A stretch of DNA of 64,000 bases from Schizochytrium sp. TIO01 (taxonomy: Eukaryota > Protista > Bigyra: Labyrinthulomycetes). Below, piece by piece: positions 60,201-64,000 of this stretch. The notes under the pieces are model-generated. The model did not search any database. It was not told the origin of the DNA and saw only the letters and a list, made by a program, of their open reading frames with translations. The translations under genes were made by a program, and so were the position numbers. Position 1 is the stretch's first letter, and every line of letters starts with the position of its first letter. The DNA lies in contig SMSO01000006.1 of the NCBI GenBank assembly GCA_004764695.1, forward strand, positions 263,859 through 327,858, in the 5' to 3' direction.

Positions 60201-61367
60201 GTTCGATGGATGACCTTCACGGCCCAAGTCGAACTGTTCGCGAGTTACGCTTCAGGAAAAGGCAAACGTCTTAACTTGTTTATGACTGACTCTTCACGGG
60301 TTACTTCTTGAACCGAGCTAGTGCGCCGACTAGTATTCTGGGGATGAAGATGAGAAAGAACAGGCTGGCCAGCGGCATCCCAGCTCCAGGCAACGCAAGG
60401 AACCGGTCGAGAAAGGCGCCATTTCGATCGCATGAAAACTCACTCGAAACTCCTCCTCCGCTGTCTACAACAGAAACACTCAAAGTGAACGCCCAGAAAG
60501 TAAAACTGGACAGCGATTCAACATTCTCGTGATTTCATCCAGCTCGGAGTCCTGGCACCTACCTACCTAGCTATCTATCAACCTGTCTCTTCGCGTTGCC
60601 AGTTTGGACCCTGGCTCGGATTGCTATCTCGGCCGCAAAGATTAAACTCTCAAAGGTCTTGAGCGCCGAAACGAACCGCTGCTGCATCTGCTTCAAGTTG
60701 GTCGAAGCCTAAATAGACCTAGATCGACAAGAATTTCGCTGCGAAGCTCTCTTTCGTATGAAGATCTTATCATTACGAAGATCTTATCATTACGAAGAGG
60801 CAGAGACCAACCAACAGACTTTAGCACACTCTCTGCGACACGTGATGCCTGTGTGCTGCTCAGCACATGCAGCACGTCCGGAAACGCGCTCTACAAACCA
60901 AAGAGATTCACTCACGCTGGAGGGGAGTCTGCTGATGCCGAAGAAGAAGGTCATGACAGTGGAAAGCAAGCAAGTAGAAAACGCAAGAGCAACGTGAATA
61001 ACAGCAGTGACAGGCCGACCTCGAACAGATTTGGCCTCTGGCTGGCGATACGTTGGCAAGTGGGTAGATCAACTTTGCAGTTGGAGATTCGGACAATGGA
61101 CAAAGTTACGAAGGAAATCTGCCGTTAGCTCGTGCTTGAAGCGCACCTTGAATCCTGCAATCCCAAAGAAATAGCCGAACCAAAGCCAGCCTCAGTCTCT
61201 GAATATTGGCAAGATCAACATGGAGTTTAAGCTCAAGCCTCAGCTCCAAACGCGAAAGTCGAGAACCAAGCTCGAATTCGAGAGTCGGGTGAAATCAAAT
61301 AGCGGAAAGAGTACTTGCTTGCAAGATAAACCAAGTTAAAAATCCGTGCGGGTGAGCGCTTGTCGAG

Positions 61368-62729
61368 GTGCCCGTGAAAGACGCAACGGCCCCGCAGCTA
61401 GCCGTCATGGCGAAACTCGGCGAGACAGCGCTAGTATGCCTCGCTATGCGGCTTCACCCACAGCTTATGCCCGCAAATCCACCTTGGTGTGGGGCGTCAC
61501 GGCACCAAATTAGCTTCATAAATGATGTGTACAATCAATCCATCGATCTTGAAAAGGGTCAGTCAAATCTCAACCGATGAGATTGTTCAAAACCCGACAT
61601 AGGTCTCCCAGAGAGACAGAGCTGTCATACCGAGGCCAACGACGCACGCCACATCGAAAACCAGAAGTCCACTCCAGCCAGGATTAACGTCCTGAATGTG
61701 TAATTCTGTAAAACTCGAATCTTGAAAGACAGAGACACGATAAAGTGGACAGAATTATGCCCAGCAACGGCCTTAAAACCGCTGCGCGCAGCACCTTCTC
61801 CAACCTCCGCAAAGATCCCTCGCCAACGCTCCAATAAACGAAATTAACCCTACACAAAACCAACATCACCCCTGGATTGGCCTCCTTTATTGCCGCAACG
61901 CAAGACAACCAACCTTGAAGAAGAAGCAAGTTTCGCCAACCGAGACAGAGAGTCATTTAGCATAATTTCGAACTAACTCCATGACTCCAGCGCTTTGGAA
62001 CATGTGGAACGACGGGTTTAGTGGACAACAAAGGACTATGACGACCTGTCCCACTGCGAGCTCGGGATTCTACGGTCCGAAGAGTCTGCAGAAACCGATG
62101 TACATCGTGGCGGAGCACAGGCCTTCGCGCAGAGTTTACAGCAGCAGCAACCCTAGATCTCCTAGTGGCAGGTGACGCAGTTGCGGTCCGCTGTTGCTGA
62201 GCTCATTGAATTGTCAATAATATCCCTTTATTACCAAAAGGCTGGCGACTTGATTCTCGTTCTTTTGTCTGGTTTGATTGTTAAAGTAACCTTACAAGTT
62301 GAAGAAACAAAGGTAGTTCTGATCTTCAAGGAATATTTCGATGGAATAGAGTCACAAAACAAAGATAATCGAAAAAAGACACATCCCCTTGGTGCAGCAT
62401 CATACCTGCGGCGCGTTCAAGATGCGAGTGCCATGAGCGGAAACCGCGGGCTGGGCACGCAGCCTTCCTTGAAGAACTGGCTGGTAGTGGGAAGCACGAC
62501 TACCGGAAGCAGCTTCACAGCGTTTCAGGTTGCAACGTCGCGAGACCGTTCTCGCAAGAACGGCCAAGCGTTGTCATATTCTTTCGCTTCAGAATTTTGG
62601 AACACAAGAATTGAAAACCTCAGGCATTTCGTTTTTTTTTTAAGGGGAACTTTAACCAGTAGTAGTCTCCAAAGAATTGAAAACATAAGCTCTTCGCTAC
62701 TCTGTCTCGCTCATGTGATAATAGGGTAG
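61368..62729 (+). pseudogene. Possible decayed gene of unknown family
   Basis: One frame joins ORFs 61368-61580 and 62172-62729 with only 7 internal stops in 454 codons. Protein-like composition, no microsatellites. Confidence 0.3.
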
Positions 62730-64000
62730 TTATTTATACTAGAAAAGGCAGGGTTCTTCGTTTGTGGAGAAAACAATGATGGGAACAGCGCAACATGCAA
62801 TTCTCATTGTTAAAGCGCATCTGTGCTGATTCTACACGCGTCGCTCGTAGTGCCTATCTAATGCCTTCAGGATATATAGCACAATTTATTTTCATTCCAC
62901 ACCTACGCTTATAGACATAAATTAACAATTGATTCGTCCATGCCCTCCGATTTTTAGCCAAAATATATGATTTTACTTTTGTGCCAATACTGTAGAGAAC
63001 AATCATCATCATCGAACCCTCCGTGCTGGAATTCTAGCTGTTAAATTTTGTTGGTCTTGGTCAGAATGCTAAGAAAATCTCAAACCTCTAGATCTAAAAC
63101 TCGCCGCATTGCATTAACGCTGCATAAGTTATTCAGGGACAAACAGCAGATTCAGGACAAAGCAATCTAGCACAGGGATGTTCAGACAAACGTGCAATAT
63201 GTAAGAATATAAGAAATCACATCGTTCGAGCTAAAACTCTTTTCTGACAGAAATTATATTGAAGAATCTATGTTTCAATGCACTGAAGGTCTTGTCAACT
63301 GTGCCAAAATTTACGTTCGACTTGATATAACCAGTTATCTCCAGCCTATCGAAGAGGGTTTTTCATAATGCGGATGATAATTAGTATTAACAAACGGAGC
63401 ACCTGATTTGGCCATATCAGTTTAGTATAGATTGCTGTTGTGAGCTCAGCAGGAATGTATAGATAGATTCTTGTTGAATCTTTGTTAAAAAGTCATCCCG
63501 TAACGAATTTTATGAGGAAGCAAGTCCTAGCGCAATGCCAATCCACTACTCGCCATTCTTGAAGAGTATCATAAGTTATGTTCGCCATACCAACCAACAC
63601 AAAACTAAGGAAAGGTCATACTATACCAGCGCGACAGTTATGTATTAATAAACTTTTTCCCCAAAATAATTCACGGCAAGAGAGACTTGAGAAATTACAT
63701 GCTACTACAGCCCACCATATGAGGCATGTCCTTTGAGTGAAAGAGCTTTTCAGTCGAACTTATGAAATATCTATATCTTCTCACACTTACTTCACCAAAC
63801 CTGGCGATATTGGCCTGAAATGCGTGAAACACATAGCGATGATTTTGTATACTTTGAAAAGAAATTATGTTTTTGCTAAATTGATTAACAGTATGACACT
63901 ACACAACAAATATTCATTCATAATTTAGAGGATATTAGAGGATATGCAATGACCTTTCAATGGTTTGATTTTCATACTCACCATGAAGTAAATGAGAGTC

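Noticed and set aside
61368-62729. Stop-codon reassignment (e.g. TAG read as Gln) explaining the interrupted frames
   Set aside because: The six real genes have no in-frame stops, and the interrupted frames contain all three stop types, which fits decay rather than recoding.
1-64000. tRNA, rRNA, snRNA or intact transposase/RT genes
   Set aside because: No cloverleaf with T-loop consensus, rRNA/snRNA signature or RT/integrase/transposase motifs recognised by eye; tRNAscan-SE and Infernal are needed to exclude them formally.

Overview
Gene-poor eukaryotic nuclear DNA. Intronless GC3-rich genes, a mitochondrial presequence and dense microsatellites resemble a thraustochytrid/labyrinthulomycete-like protist; this taxon is inference only. 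Six well-supported single-exon genes, all between 6.2 and 38 kb: a divergent cytochrome b5 reductase-family flavoprotein (-), mitochondrial dihydrolipoamide dehydrogenase (+), pterin-4a-carbinolamine dehydratase (+), two related secreted Cys-rich TIL-type proteins (both -), and an ankyrin-repeat/SAM protein (+). The rest is microsatellites, a 24-copy 15-bp tandem array, several stop-riddled blocks that look like decayed coding sequence, and about 26 kb (38-64 kb) with no credible intact gene. I could not recognise any rRNA, tRNA, CRISPR array or intact transposon. I found no clear multi-gene novel system. The best leads are: a clustered GAATWAAATAC motif (hairpin, palindrome plus direct repeats, inverted copy) at 14.1-17.7 kb; NADPH-type substitutions in the b5 reductase; the two TIL proteins (8-Cys variant domains, acidic Tyr motifs); and the 15-bp array.
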